Positions 9,442 to 18,943 of a DNA stretch of 64,000 nucleotides are shown here, piece after piece. Each line of letters starts with the position of its first letter. The first letter of the stretch is position 1. Made by a program: the position numbers and the translations under genes. The stretch is from an uncultured Pelagibacteraceae bacterium (GTDB lineage: Bacteria; Pseudomonadota; Alphaproteobacteria; Pelagibacterales; Pelagibacteraceae). The notes under the pieces were generated by a model, which was given only the letters and a program-made list of their open reading frames with translations, was not told the DNA's origin and searched no databases. Location of the stretch: contig CABZJN010000002.1 in the NCBI GenBank assembly GCA_902526085.1, positions 28,716-92,715 of the forward strand, in the 5' to 3' direction.

Positions 9442-10800
9442 TTAACCTTTTACAACTTCTCTTGTGTTTGCGTTGTAAGATTCTTTAAATGGTATATCTA
9501 CTATTACTGCATCAACAGGTTTACCTGAAGTTTCAGAATATTTCTCTGGCAAATGTACCTTAAACTTAGATCCTACTTTTCCTTTTGGAAATCCATTTGC
9601 ATTCAACGTTCCATCAAATGGCACATAGCCCATAGCAATGTTCTGTTTTTTTTCAGGATGATACCAAGGAGAAGTAATAAAACCTATAGGTTCTCCACCA
9701 CCCTCATCTGAAATTAGCCAAAAGTCGGGAGCGTATTCCTCAATTGGTTTTCCACCTAATTCAAGACCAACTAATTGAAGTTTGTACGGTTTGTGACCTG
9801 CTTTTAAATCAGCTTTCATTTTTTCAAGAGCTTTCTTACCTACGTAATCTGCTTTTTTGTTCCATTCTCCTTTTCCAGATAATGATACTTGATAACCTAA
9901 ATTACATTGAAAAGGATTATGTTGGTTGTCCATATCTTGACCCCAAGAAAGAATTCCGGCTTGAATTCTTCTATGGTGCGCAGGGGCAATAACCATTAGG
10001 CTATGTTTTTTTCCTGCTTCAAGAACAGCATTCCACATATCCTCAGCATATAAAGTACATTCTCTTAAATAAATTTCGTAACCAGCTTCACCTGAAAATC
10101 CTGATTGAGATATCACACAACTTCTTCCACCGATTTTAGCTTCTGCTAAACCGTAGAATGGCATATTGTCAAAATCAACTTGATCTCCACATAAATCTTT
10201 CATTAATGCTTTAGATTTTGGCCCTTGTATTTGAACTGGACTTACATCTATTTCATCAATTTCTACGTTAAATCTCTCATCAGCATTTACACCTTGTAAA
10301 TAAAGACCTATATCACTATCAGATAAACTAAACCAAAACTCATCTTTAGATATTCTTAAAAGTATAGGATCATTCAATACTCCACCATATGCGTTACAAA
10401 GAATTACATATCTTGCTCTCATTGGAGAAATTTTTGTAGCATCTCTTGTTATTACATAGTCAACAAATTTTTCTGCATCTGGACCCTTTACTCTAATTTG
10501 TCTTTCTACAGCAACGTTCCACATTGTTACATGATTTACTATTGCATCATACTCAACCATTGCACCACCATCCTCAGGTTTTACATATCCTCTAGGGTGA
10601 TAGATACGATTATACACAGTTGCTCTCCAACAACCTGCTTTCATTGATAAATGCCAGTAGGGTGATTTTCTTACACGAGTTGAAATTAACATTTCAACTT
10701 TTGTTGGTCCGCTTTGTCTTAAATTATAAGGCACTTTTCTATCAGATTGATCTACTGATGTTACGTGTCTTAATTTACTATAGTCAAATTCATTAGACAT
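9442..10800 (-). CDS. GcvT/DmdA-family THF-dependent aminomethyltransferase
   Basis: VTMWNVAVERQIRVKGPDA, NDPILLR, SQSGFSGEAGYEIY and RRIQAGILSWGQD motifs; overlaps metF. Confidence 0.9.
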   Translation of the reverse strand: MSNEFDYSKLRHVTSVDQSDRKVPYNLRQSGPTKVEMLISTRVRKSPYWHLSMKAGCWRATVYNRIYHPRGYVKPEDGGAMVEYDAIVNHVTMWNVAVERQIRVKGPDAEKFVDYVITRDATKISPMRARYVILCNAYGGVLNDPILLRISKDEFWFSLSDSDIGLYLQGVNADERFNVEIDEIDVSPVQIQGPKSKALMKDLCGDQVDFDNMPFYGLAEAKIGGRSCVISQSGFSGEAGYEIYLRECTLYAEDMWNAVLEAGKKHSLMVIAPAHHRRIQAGILSWGQDMDNQHNPFQCNLGYQVSLSGKGEWNKKADYVGKKALEKMKADLKAGHKPYKLQLVGLELGGKPIEEYAPDFWLISDEGGGEPIGFITSPWYHPEKKQNIAMGYVPFDGTLNANGFPKGKVGSKFKVHLPEKYSETSGKPVDAVIVDIPFKESYNANTREVVKG

Positions 10801-11521
10801 AGTTATTCTCCTTCAACCACTTGTTTGTTTCCTTCAAGCCGCCGAATGTATAAATGTGAAAATAATCAGTATGCGATTTAACTTTCCCAATTAGATCATT
10901 AGGGTCTTTAGGTTTCAATAAATCTAATGCCTTTGTAAAATTAGATTTAAGAAAATTAATGGAATTTTTTGCCCCTACAATATTTGCAAACTTTATTAAG
11001 CTTGAAATCCTCATTGGCCCAGTTATTCCAACATGAACTGGTATCGATTGTTTAGAAATAAAATCAACAATAGGCTGAGCATCAAGTAACCATTGAGTAA
11101 CTATATAATCAGCATAAGGCTTTTTATCTATCATTGCTTTTTCTAAATCTGAATTGGATATATCAGGACTCCCCTCTGGATGTCCAGCGATTCCGATCTT
11201 TATCCCATCAAAAAACCCTGTCTCTAACATTTGATAGGAACTATCAAACTTTCCAATTGGTTCCCGACTTCCTCCAATAACTAGAACTTGTTTCACACCT
11301 AAATCTTTGCATCTTGAAACATAATCTTTTAATTCGCTTTCACTATTTATCGATCTAGCTGGAAAATGAGGAACTGGATTAAAACCTTTGTTTACCAAAT
11401 CTCCAGATTTGTCAGCAGTCTCTTTATAATCCCCTCCAGGCAGCATTGTGACGTATACATCTTTAACAGCTGGCAAAGTATCAAGATCTGTGTGAGGTCC
11501 AATTTCTAATGAAAAATTCAT
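10793..11521 (-). CDS. metF: Methylenetetrahydrofolate reductase (short form)
   Basis: PVPHFPARS, IAGHPEGSP, IVTQW and HIYTFGG motifs. Confidence 0.85.
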   Translation of the reverse strand: MNFSLEIGPHTDLDTLPAVKDVYVTMLPGGDYKETADKSGDLVNKGFNPVPHFPARSINSESELKDYVSRCKDLGVKQVLVIGGSREPIGKFDSSYQMLETGFFDGIKIGIAGHPEGSPDISNSDLEKAMIDKKPYADYIVTQWLLDAQPIVDFISKQSIPVHVGITGPMRISSLIKFANIVGAKNSINFLKSNFTKALDLLKPKDPNDLIGKVKSHTDYFHIYTFGGLKETNKWLKENNYV

Positions 11522-11583
11522 TAATGGATAATTATTTATTTTAAAATAACTGTCTAGAAAAATATTAGATCAAAGTGTCAGGG

Positions 11584-12468
11584 TTATTTTTTCTGACCTC
11601 TGTGTTTTTGAATTCTCTGTCCATATTGCTGCGTAACTCTATCGAAGATGATCGCAAGAGCAACTATTGCCAAACCATTCATCATTCCAAGTGCTAAATA
11701 TTGATTAGAAATAGCCTGTAAAATGGGCACTCCTAGCCCTTTAACTCCTATCATTGATGCGATTACTACCATAGCTAATGCCATCATAATTGTTTGGTTA
11801 ATTCCAGCAAAGATTGTTGGTAATGATAGAGGTATTTGAACAGATTTTAATTTCTGCATAGGCGTTGCACCAAACGCCTCACTTGCCTCAAGTGTTTCTT
11901 TATCCACTTCTCTTATTCCCAGATTTGTAAGTCTTACTACTGGTGGTAATGCATAAATACAAACTGCTAATAACCCAGGTACTTTTCCTATACCCAAAAG
12001 CATAATTATAGGTATTAGATAAACAAAACTTGGAATAGTTTGCATCATATCTAAAACAGGCAAAATAGCTTTTTCAGCTCTACTTGATTTTGACATTAAT
12101 ACTCCAATTGGAATACCAACTACAATACAAACCAATGTTGAAACAGAAATGATGGCAACTGTTGCCATGCAGTTCTTCCACATACCGAAGTACCCTATGA
12201 CGATAAAACAAACTATAGTTCCTATTACTAGTTTAATACTTCTTGAACCAATCCAAGCTAATAAAGCAAATACACCAATAACAAGTGGCCAAGGACTATT
12301 CACTAATAATTTTTCTAACCAAATTAAAAAATATAAGAGTGGATCAAAGAAACTCTCAATACCATCCCCGTAAGCTCTTGAAAAATCCTTAAAACTTAAA
12401 TCTATTCCCTTCTTTAACTCTCTTAATGCTGTTCTATCCATCACTGGAATTTTATTAAAGAAGTCCAT
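11584..12468 (-). CDS. proW: Glycine betaine/proline-type ABC transporter permease
   Basis: PVLDMMQTIPSFVYLIP, EASEAFGAT and GINQTIMMALAMVVIASMIG motifs. Confidence 0.9.
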   Translation of the reverse strand: MDFFNKIPVMDRTALRELKKGIDLSFKDFSRAYGDGIESFFDPLLYFLIWLEKLLVNSPWPLVIGVFALLAWIGSRSIKLVIGTIVCFIVIGYFGMWKNCMATVAIISVSTLVCIVVGIPIGVLMSKSSRAEKAILPVLDMMQTIPSFVYLIPIIMLLGIGKVPGLLAVCIYALPPVVRLTNLGIREVDKETLEASEAFGATPMQKLKSVQIPLSLPTIFAGINQTIMMALAMVVIASMIGVKGLGVPILQAISNQYLALGMMNGLAIVALAIIFDRVTQQYGQRIQKHRGQKK

Positions 12469-12487
12469 AAATTTTTTTTTAAATTAA

Positions 12488-12513
12488 TCGAACCCGTCTT
12501 TCAACGGGTTCGA
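12488..12513 (-). promoter_or_regulatory. Stable intercistronic hairpin with a GAAA tetraloop between proX and proW
   Basis: Minus-strand RNA UCGAACCCGU-U-GAAA-G-ACGGGUUCGA: a 10-bp perfect stem plus a U-G pair closing a GNRA loop. Confidence 0.7.
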
Positions 12514-12529
12514 GATCATACTTTTAAAA

Positions 12530-13540
12530 TTAAAGTGCTTTTTTGATTTTTTTAGCCGCTGAACTTGAAACCCATTTAGACCATACGTCCTCTTGTGTTT
12601 TCAAAAATTCAATTGCTGCATCTGCACCTTCAGCTTGGTTTTCTCCCATCCAAACTAACATTCCATTCATTACTGGACCTGGGTATGTTCTTTTCTCAAG
12701 ATAATCCATACCTTCTTTACCTGCGGTTTTTTTGTAATTGTCAGTTGCGACTGAATAAACTTCAGATTTAACCCATGAAGATTTTAAAGGGTTAGCACAC
12801 TCTTGCTCTGGTTTTGATAAACAGTTATCCCAGTTATCTTTACCAGCGTACTCACCCATATCTACAGCTATCATTCCGTATTTTCCAATTATAGCAGTTG
12901 GTGACCAGTAGTAACCAAACCAGTTTTCTCCTCTTTCTGCAGCTTTTGCAATTGAACCATCAAGACCTGCTGCTGATCCAGTTTCTACTATAGCCCAACC
13001 TTTAGCTTCCATTCCCCATGCTCTAAAATGGTTTCTGTTACTTAATTCACAGTTCCATCCTGGAGGACAAATATGAAACCCACCTTTTGATGGATCTTCA
13101 GGGTGTGGGAATAGATCGGGTCTTTCTAAAATTGCATCGGCAGTTGTAAGCTCTGGATGCTTTTCTAAAGTTGCTGGCAATACCCACCAACCTTCACCTA
13201 AACCAGTAATTGGTGCTTTGTTAATTGAGTGAAGTTTTCCTTCAGCTACAGCAGCTTCTAACTCTACTTTTGCTGCATTTGCCCAAAACTCTGGAGCTAT
13301 ATCTGGCTCACCTTTTTCTTGCATCGAAGTAAATGTAGGCATTGTAGCACCAGGCACAAGCTCAACTTTACATCCATAACCTTCTTCTAATATGATTTTG
13401 TCAACTTCAGCCATAAAATTTGCAGAAGCCCAGTTCATATTAGCAATTGTAATGTCTCCACATTTTGCATTAGCAACATTACCGTACGATGTAACACCTA
13501 AAACAAATAATGCAGAAAGCAATATTCTTTTTAATTTCAT
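12530..13540 (-). CDS. proX: Betaine/proline-type ABC transporter substrate-binding protein
   Basis: Signal peptide; CGDITIANMNWAS, GYGCKVELVPG, CPPGWNC and GYYWSPT motifs; AGGAG RBS upstream. Confidence 0.85.
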   Translation of the reverse strand: MKLKRILLSALFVLGVTSYGNVANAKCGDITIANMNWASANFMAEVDKIILEEGYGCKVELVPGATMPTFTSMQEKGEPDIAPEFWANAAKVELEAAVAEGKLHSINKAPITGLGEGWWVLPATLEKHPELTTADAILERPDLFPHPEDPSKGGFHICPPGWNCELSNRNHFRAWGMEAKGWAIVETGSAAGLDGSIAKAAERGENWFGYYWSPTAIIGKYGMIAVDMGEYAGKDNWDNCLSKPEQECANPLKSSWVKSEVYSVATDNYKKTAGKEGMDYLEKRTYPGPVMNGMLVWMGENQAEGADAAIEFLKTQEDVWSKWVSSSAAKKIKKAL

Positions 13541-13674
13541 TATTATCTCCTAATTAATTAATTATAAATCATCAGAACACATAGCTAGCAAAAATGCAAA
13601 CTGGTTTCAACTTTGAGTTGTGTGAAAATTGTCTTTATCCTCCTTTTATTTGGAAATAAATTATTAAAAAAAAT

Positions 13675-14715
13675 ATGAAAAAAAATTTGATATCAAGATT
13701 AGATACTGGTCCAGTTATATTTGCTGAAGGATATTTGTTTGCAATGGAGAGAAGAGGATATCTTTCTGCGGGTCCATTTGTTCCAGAAGTAGTTTTAGAA
13801 CATCCTGATGTGGTTACTCAATTACATAGAGAATTTATTAGAGCAGGTTCTGATGTTGTTCAAGCCTTCACCTATTATGGACATAGAGAGAAATTAAGAA
13901 TTATTGGAAAAGAACATTTGCTTGAGCCAATGCAAAAAAATGCACTTAAAATTGCAAAGGATGCTGCAAATGAATTTAAAGATTTGGATTTAATGGTTTG
14001 TGGAGATGTAGCTAATACAAATATTTTTGATCCAAATGATAAAAACTCCTTCAAAGAATGTCAAAAGATGTACGAGGAGCAAGTACTTTGGGCAAAAGAG
14101 GCTGGAGTTGATTTTGTAGTTGCAGAGACAATTAACTGGGTAGATGAAATGAAAATTGCTCTCAAAGCTATCAAAGACGAAGGATTAATCGCAGTTGCAA
14201 ATTACGCTATACCTCGTGGAGATTTAACAAGAGACGGTCATACAGCCGAAGATGCATGTAAAATAATAGAAGATCTTGGTGCAGATGTTGTTGGTTTGAA
14301 TTGTTACAGAGGTCCAGAAATGACCATGAAACTTTTAAAAAAAATAAGAAAAAAAGTTTCCTGTCATGTTGCAGGTCTTCCTGTTCCATATAGAACGACA
14401 GAGGAAGAACCAGGATTTTTAAATCAGACTGACCATGGATGTGATTGCATTCCAGGTGGAAATGCATTCCCTGTTGCTCTAGATAATTTGTATTGTAACA
14501 GATTTGAAATGGCTGAATTTGCAAAAGAATGTCTCAAAGAAAAAATTAATTTAATTGGTATTTGTTGTGGCGCTGAGGCTCACCATGTTAGAGAAATGGC
14601 AGTTGCAGTTGGCAAAAAACCAATTGCCATGAAGTACATGCCAGATATGACTAAACATTTCCACCATGGGACAGACAAGACATTGAAAGACGTCAATAAA
14701 GAAATAAAATACTAA
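13675..14715 (+). CDS. bhmT: Betaine-homocysteine S-methyltransferase family protein
   Basis: LHREFIRAGSDVVQAFTYY, the Zn ligands GLNC and GICCG, and FPVALD as in BHMT. Confidence 0.88.
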   Translation: MKKNLISRLDTGPVIFAEGYLFAMERRGYLSAGPFVPEVVLEHPDVVTQLHREFIRAGSDVVQAFTYYGHREKLRIIGKEHLLEPMQKNALKIAKDAANEFKDLDLMVCGDVANTNIFDPNDKNSFKECQKMYEEQVLWAKEAGVDFVVAETINWVDEMKIALKAIKDEGLIAVANYAIPRGDLTRDGHTAEDACKIIEDLGADVVGLNCYRGPEMTMKLLKKIRKKVSCHVAGLPVPYRTTEEEPGFLNQTDHGCDCIPGGNAFPVALDNLYCNRFEMAEFAKECLKEKINLIGICCGAEAHHVREMAVAVGKKPIAMKYMPDMTKHFHHGTDKTLKDVNKEIKY

Positions 14716-14716
14716 C

Positions 14717-17122
14717 ATGCAAAATCATGCAAAAGTAGTCATCATAGGTGGTGGTGTAGTAGGCTGTTCAATTCTTTATCATTTATCAAAGTTTGGTTTA
14801 AAAGATTGTATTCTTCTTGAAAGAAACGAACTTACATCTGGATCGTCTTGGCACGCAGCAGGAAATGTACATGTGATTTCATCTGATCCGAATATTTCTA
14901 GAATGATGGCTTATACAATCGGATTATATAAAGAAATTGAAAAAGAGTCTGGCCATTCTGTTGGATTCAAGCCAAGCGGTGGATTTTATTTAGCTTCAAA
15001 TGAAGTTTGGGCGGATTATTTAAAAAGAGAAAGATCTAAAGCTAGGTATATGGGCCTTGATCAAGAGTTTGTATCTTTAGAGGAAGTAAAAAAGAAAAAT
15101 CCTTTAATTGATCCATCAAGATACCTTTTGGCATTGTGGGATCCTATTGATGGGGAAGTAGATCCATCAGGTGTGACTTATGCTTTTGCTAAAGCAGCAA
15201 AAGTTCATGGTGGAAAATATTACACACATACAGTTGTAAAAGACACAAAACAAAAAGAGGATGGAACTTGGGATGTGATAACTGACAAGGGTAATATAAA
15301 AGCAGAAATAGTTATTAACGCTGGAGGTTTATGGGCAAGAGAAGTTGGGCAGCTTGCAGGAATTAATCTGCCAGTTCAACCAATGGAGCACCATTATTTA
15401 ATCACCGAAGCAATTCCCGAAATAGAAGCTTTGGGCGATCAAAGAATTCCTATTGGAACAGATTTTGAGGGTAATATTTATTTTAGACAAGAAGGAAAAG
15501 GAATGCTTCTTGGAACTTATGAACCAAAATCAACACCCTGGAAGGTTGAAGGAACACCAATGAATTTTGGTCATGAATTATTAGAACCAAAATTGGATAA
15601 TATCCAAGATAGATTAGCAATAGGTTTTGAAAGAATGCCAGCATTAGAAAAAGCTGGAATTAAAAATATTGTAAATGGACCTTTTACTTTTGGACCAGAT
15701 GGATCACCATTAATTGGCCCAGTTCCAGGAATGAAAAATTATTGGGTAGCAGTTGGAGTAATGGCTGGCTTCTGCCAAGGCGGCGGAGTTGGAAAATGTA
15801 TAGCAGAGTGGATAATTGATGGAGAACCATCGATAGACGTTTGGGCAATGGATGTTGCAAGATTTGGAGATTATGCATCACCTCAATACGGAACAATTAA
15901 ATCTTCTGAAAATTATGAACGAAGATTTATTATGACATTTCCAAATGAAACTTTACCAAAAGGAAGAAAACAAAAAACAACAGCACTTTATGACCGGTTT
16001 GTTGATCAAGGTGCAGTTATGGGAGACAGTTTTGGTTTAGAAAATGTTTTGTGGTTCGCAAATGATAAAAAAGATGCATACGAGGAGCCAACTATAAAAA
16101 GATCTAGATCACATAATTATGTCTCAAAAGAAGTTATTAATGTGAGAGAAAATGTTGGTTTAATTGAAGTTGCCAATTTTTCAAAACATCAATTTAAAGG
16201 AAAAGATGCAAGAAAGTTTTTAGATCGTATTATGGCAGGTAAGCTCCCGAAACCTGGAAGAATATCATTATCGCCAATGTTATCTTATCGAGGAAAATTA
16301 TGTGGTGATCTTACAGTTTCGTGCCTTGATGAAAATGAATTTATGGTTTTTGGTTCGGGTGCAGCTCAAGAAATGCACAGACGTTGGTTTGAAAGTCATT
16401 TAGATAAATTTAACGTTGAATATAAAAATAGATCAGATGATTTTCATGGGATATCTATAGCGGGACCCAATTCAAGAAAAGTTTTAGAAAAAATAGTTAG
16501 AGATGATGTATCTAATGATAAATTTAAATTTAGAGACTCAAGAAGAATGTTTGTTGGTGGTGTTCCAACAATCATAAACCGTATTTCCTTTACCGGTGAA
16601 CTTGGTTATGAAATTTATGTTGCACCGCATTTCCAAATTAAACTTTATGAGGAGTTAATAGAAGCTGGAAAAGAATTTGATATTAAACCTTTTGGTGGAA
16701 GAGCTTTAATGTCTATGAGATTAGAGAAAAATTGGGGTGCATGGACTTTAGATTATCGACCTGATTTTACTGCCAAAGAAGCTGGATTAGATACTTTTAT
16801 TAATTGGAATAAAGAATTTATAGGCAAAGAAAAAGCTAAAGATGATAACAGTTCAAATAGATTGGTTCCTTTAATTATTCAAACAAACGATATTGATGTT
16901 ACAAACAATGAAGCTGTGATGAAAGGTGATAAAAGTATTGGATATATAACCTCAGGCGGATTTGCTCATTTTGTAAATAAAAGTGTTGCTTTTTCATATA
17001 TAGATCAAAAACATTTATCATCCGAAGATGGAATACAAGTAGAAATTAATGGGGATTTATTCAATTGTTCAATTATCAAAGAACCACTTTATGATCCAAG
17101 TGGAGAAAAAATGAGAGGTTAA
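14717..17122 (+). CDS. Dimethylglycine/sarcosine dehydrogenase family (FAD oxidoreductase + GcvT), paralog 1
   Basis: IIGGGVVG, TSGSSWHAAG, GPFTFGPDG and SFTGELGYE motifs. Confidence 0.92.
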   Translation: MQNHAKVVIIGGGVVGCSILYHLSKFGLKDCILLERNELTSGSSWHAAGNVHVISSDPNISRMMAYTIGLYKEIEKESGHSVGFKPSGGFYLASNEVWADYLKRERSKARYMGLDQEFVSLEEVKKKNPLIDPSRYLLALWDPIDGEVDPSGVTYAFAKAAKVHGGKYYTHTVVKDTKQKEDGTWDVITDKGNIKAEIVINAGGLWAREVGQLAGINLPVQPMEHHYLITEAIPEIEALGDQRIPIGTDFEGNIYFRQEGKGMLLGTYEPKSTPWKVEGTPMNFGHELLEPKLDNIQDRLAIGFERMPALEKAGIKNIVNGPFTFGPDGSPLIGPVPGMKNYWVAVGVMAGFCQGGGVGKCIAEWIIDGEPSIDVWAMDVARFGDYASPQYGTIKSSENYERRFIMTFPNETLPKGRKQKTTALYDRFVDQGAVMGDSFGLENVLWFANDKKDAYEEPTIKRSRSHNYVSKEVINVRENVGLIEVANFSKHQFKGKDARKFLDRIMAGKLPKPGRISLSPMLSYRGKLCGDLTVSCLDENEFMVFGSGAAQEMHRRWFESHLDKFNVEYKNRSDDFHGISIAGPNSRKVLEKIVRDDVSNDKFKFRDSRRMFVGGVPTIINRISFTGELGYEIYVAPHFQIKLYEELIEAGKEFDIKPFGGRALMSMRLEKNWGAWTLDYRPDFTAKEAGLDTFINWNKEFIGKEKAKDDNSSNRLVPLIIQTNDIDVTNNEAVMKGDKSIGYITSGGFAHFVNKSVAFSYIDQKHLSSEDGIQVEINGDLFNCSIIKEPLYDPSGEKMRG

Positions 17123-17752
17123 TGGCTCAAAAAGATGTAGGAAATAAAGTTCCAATTTACAAACTAAAAGAAACAAAAGAGGTAATGGATTTTTATGACG
17201 AATGGGGCCAGGATAATAAATATGATCAAGACATGGTTGATTGGAATTACACTGGTCCAAAAGAAACAGCAGAAGTTTTTAATAAACATCAAAAAGAAAA
17301 AGATATTGATATTTATGATGCTGGATGTGGAACCGGATTGGTTGGTGTTGAATTAAAAAAGTATGGTTTCACTAATTTTTTTGGTGCGGATCTATCCCAA
17401 AAACTTTTAGATTTGGTTCCAAACAATCTTTATAAAAAATTAGATAAAGTTGATTTAAATAAACCAATCAATGAAAAAGATGATCAATATGATGCTTTAA
17501 TGTGTGTGGGCACATTTACTTTTGGACATGTAAAACCACCTGCATTAGACGAGTTTATTAGAATTACTAAAAATAAAGGTTTAATTTGTTTCACCATAAA
17601 TGAAGGAATATATGAGGAATATGGATTTGATAAAAAAATTAAACAATTAAAAAATGAAAATAAATGGAAAGAAATAGAGTTTTTTTAAATCTGATTATAT
17701 TGCTAGTAAAGATGTAAATGCATGGCTTGGTCTATATGAGTTGACAAAATAA
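17122..17752 (+). CDS. Class I SAM-dependent methyltransferase with an apparent +1 frameshift in a T7 run near the 3' end
   Basis: DAGCGTGLVG motif. Removing one T at 17680-17686 extends the ORF by KSDYIASKDVNAWLGLYELTK* to 17752, 1 nt before the next ATG. Confidence 0.8.
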
Positions 17753-17753
17753 A

Positions 17754-18929
17754 ATGTCAGCAATTTATAAAATAATAGATAAAAAAAAATTAGATATAGT
17801 TAAGAGACCAATTTCTAAAGCACATGGACTTCCCAATGAATGTTATACAAGAAAAGATTATACTTTAATAGAAAGAGAAAAAATATTTGAAAATAAATGG
17901 ACAGTAATAGGAGTAGCAAGTTCTTTGCCAAATATCGGTGATGTAAAACCATTTAATTTGTTAGGACTTCCATTATTTTTAATCAGGAATAAAAAAAATC
18001 AAATAAAAGTTTTTCATAACGTCTGTAGCCATAGAGGAGTAAAGTTAGTAAACAAAAAAGGCAATATTAGAAACGTTATCAGATGTCCTTATCATTCATG
18101 GTCATACACATCAGATGGAAAGCTAATTGCAACACCACATATAGGTGGGATGAACAATCATAGTAGCGCAAAATTTAAAAAAAATAAGAACAATCTAAAA
18201 GAAATAAGATCATATGTTTGGTTAGATTTAATTTTTATTAATATTAGCAATAATGAAATTCCATTTGAAAAATATATTAAACCATTGAGTGATAGATGGT
18301 CAAAATTTTGGAAAATAAAAGATAGAAAATTAATTAACCATGCAAATGATTTTGGTTATTTTAAATTGAATGCAAAATGTAATTGGAAATTTGCGATTGA
18401 AAATTACTGCGAAAGTTATCATTTGCCGTGGGTTCACCCAGGTCTAAATACTTATTCAAAATTAGAAGATCATTATCATATTCAAGGATTACCAAACCGT
18501 TTTGCAGGCCAAGGCACAGTTGTTTATAATCCAAAATTTAAAGGAAAGAAAAAATTTCCCTGTTTTCCGAACTGGCCAAAAGATAAAGAAAATATCGCAG
18601 AATATGTAGCTTTATTTCCTAATGTTATGCTAGGTATACACAAAGACCATTTCTACGCGTATTGGTTAGAACCTATTAATCATAAAAAAACTTTAGAACA
18701 TATGGAAATATATTATGTAGGTGATAAAGCCTCAAAAGCTCTAGAATTTAAACCACTAAGAAAACAAAATCTTAAATTGTGGGAAAGTATTCAAAAAGAA
18801 GACGTAGATATAATTCAAAGAATGCAATTAGGCCGCAACTCCCATGCATATAATGGTGGAAATTTTTCTCCTGATATGGATAATCCAACGCATCAGTTTC
18901 ATAAATGGGTTGTATCTAACCTTACGTAG
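17754..18929 (+). CDS. Rieske non-heme iron oxygenase alpha subunit (choline monooxygenase/quaternary-amine-oxidising type)
   Basis: Rieske ligands CSHRG...CPYHSW; mononuclear Fe motif NWK..ENYCESYH..VH and a C-terminal ED. Confidence 0.9.
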   Translation: MSAIYKIIDKKKLDIVKRPISKAHGLPNECYTRKDYTLIEREKIFENKWTVIGVASSLPNIGDVKPFNLLGLPLFLIRNKKNQIKVFHNVCSHRGVKLVNKKGNIRNVIRCPYHSWSYTSDGKLIATPHIGGMNNHSSAKFKKNKNNLKEIRSYVWLDLIFINISNNEIPFEKYIKPLSDRWSKFWKIKDRKLINHANDFGYFKLNAKCNWKFAIENYCESYHLPWVHPGLNTYSKLEDHYHIQGLPNRFAGQGTVVYNPKFKGKKKFPCFPNWPKDKENIAEYVALFPNVMLGIHKDHFYAYWLEPINHKKTLEHMEIYYVGDKASKALEFKPLRKQNLKLWESIQKEDVDIIQRMQLGRNSHAYNGGNFSPDMDNPTHQFHKWVVSNLT

Positions 18930-18943
18930 AAAGAGAGAAAAAT

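Noticed and set aside
10793-11583. Glycine riboswitch ahead of the gcvT-like gene, or a dmdA/gcvT call for it
   Set aside because: The gene overlaps metF, the 62-nt spacer upstream of metF is AT-rich with no aptamer motif, there is no gcvH/gcvP nearby, and the protein is longer than canonical DmdA.
13541-13674. Possible SAM-V/SAM-II riboswitch upstream of bhmT
   Set aside because: Expected from other SAR11 bhmT loci, but I could not find the conserved core or a convincing pseudoknot on either strand. A cmscan would settle it.
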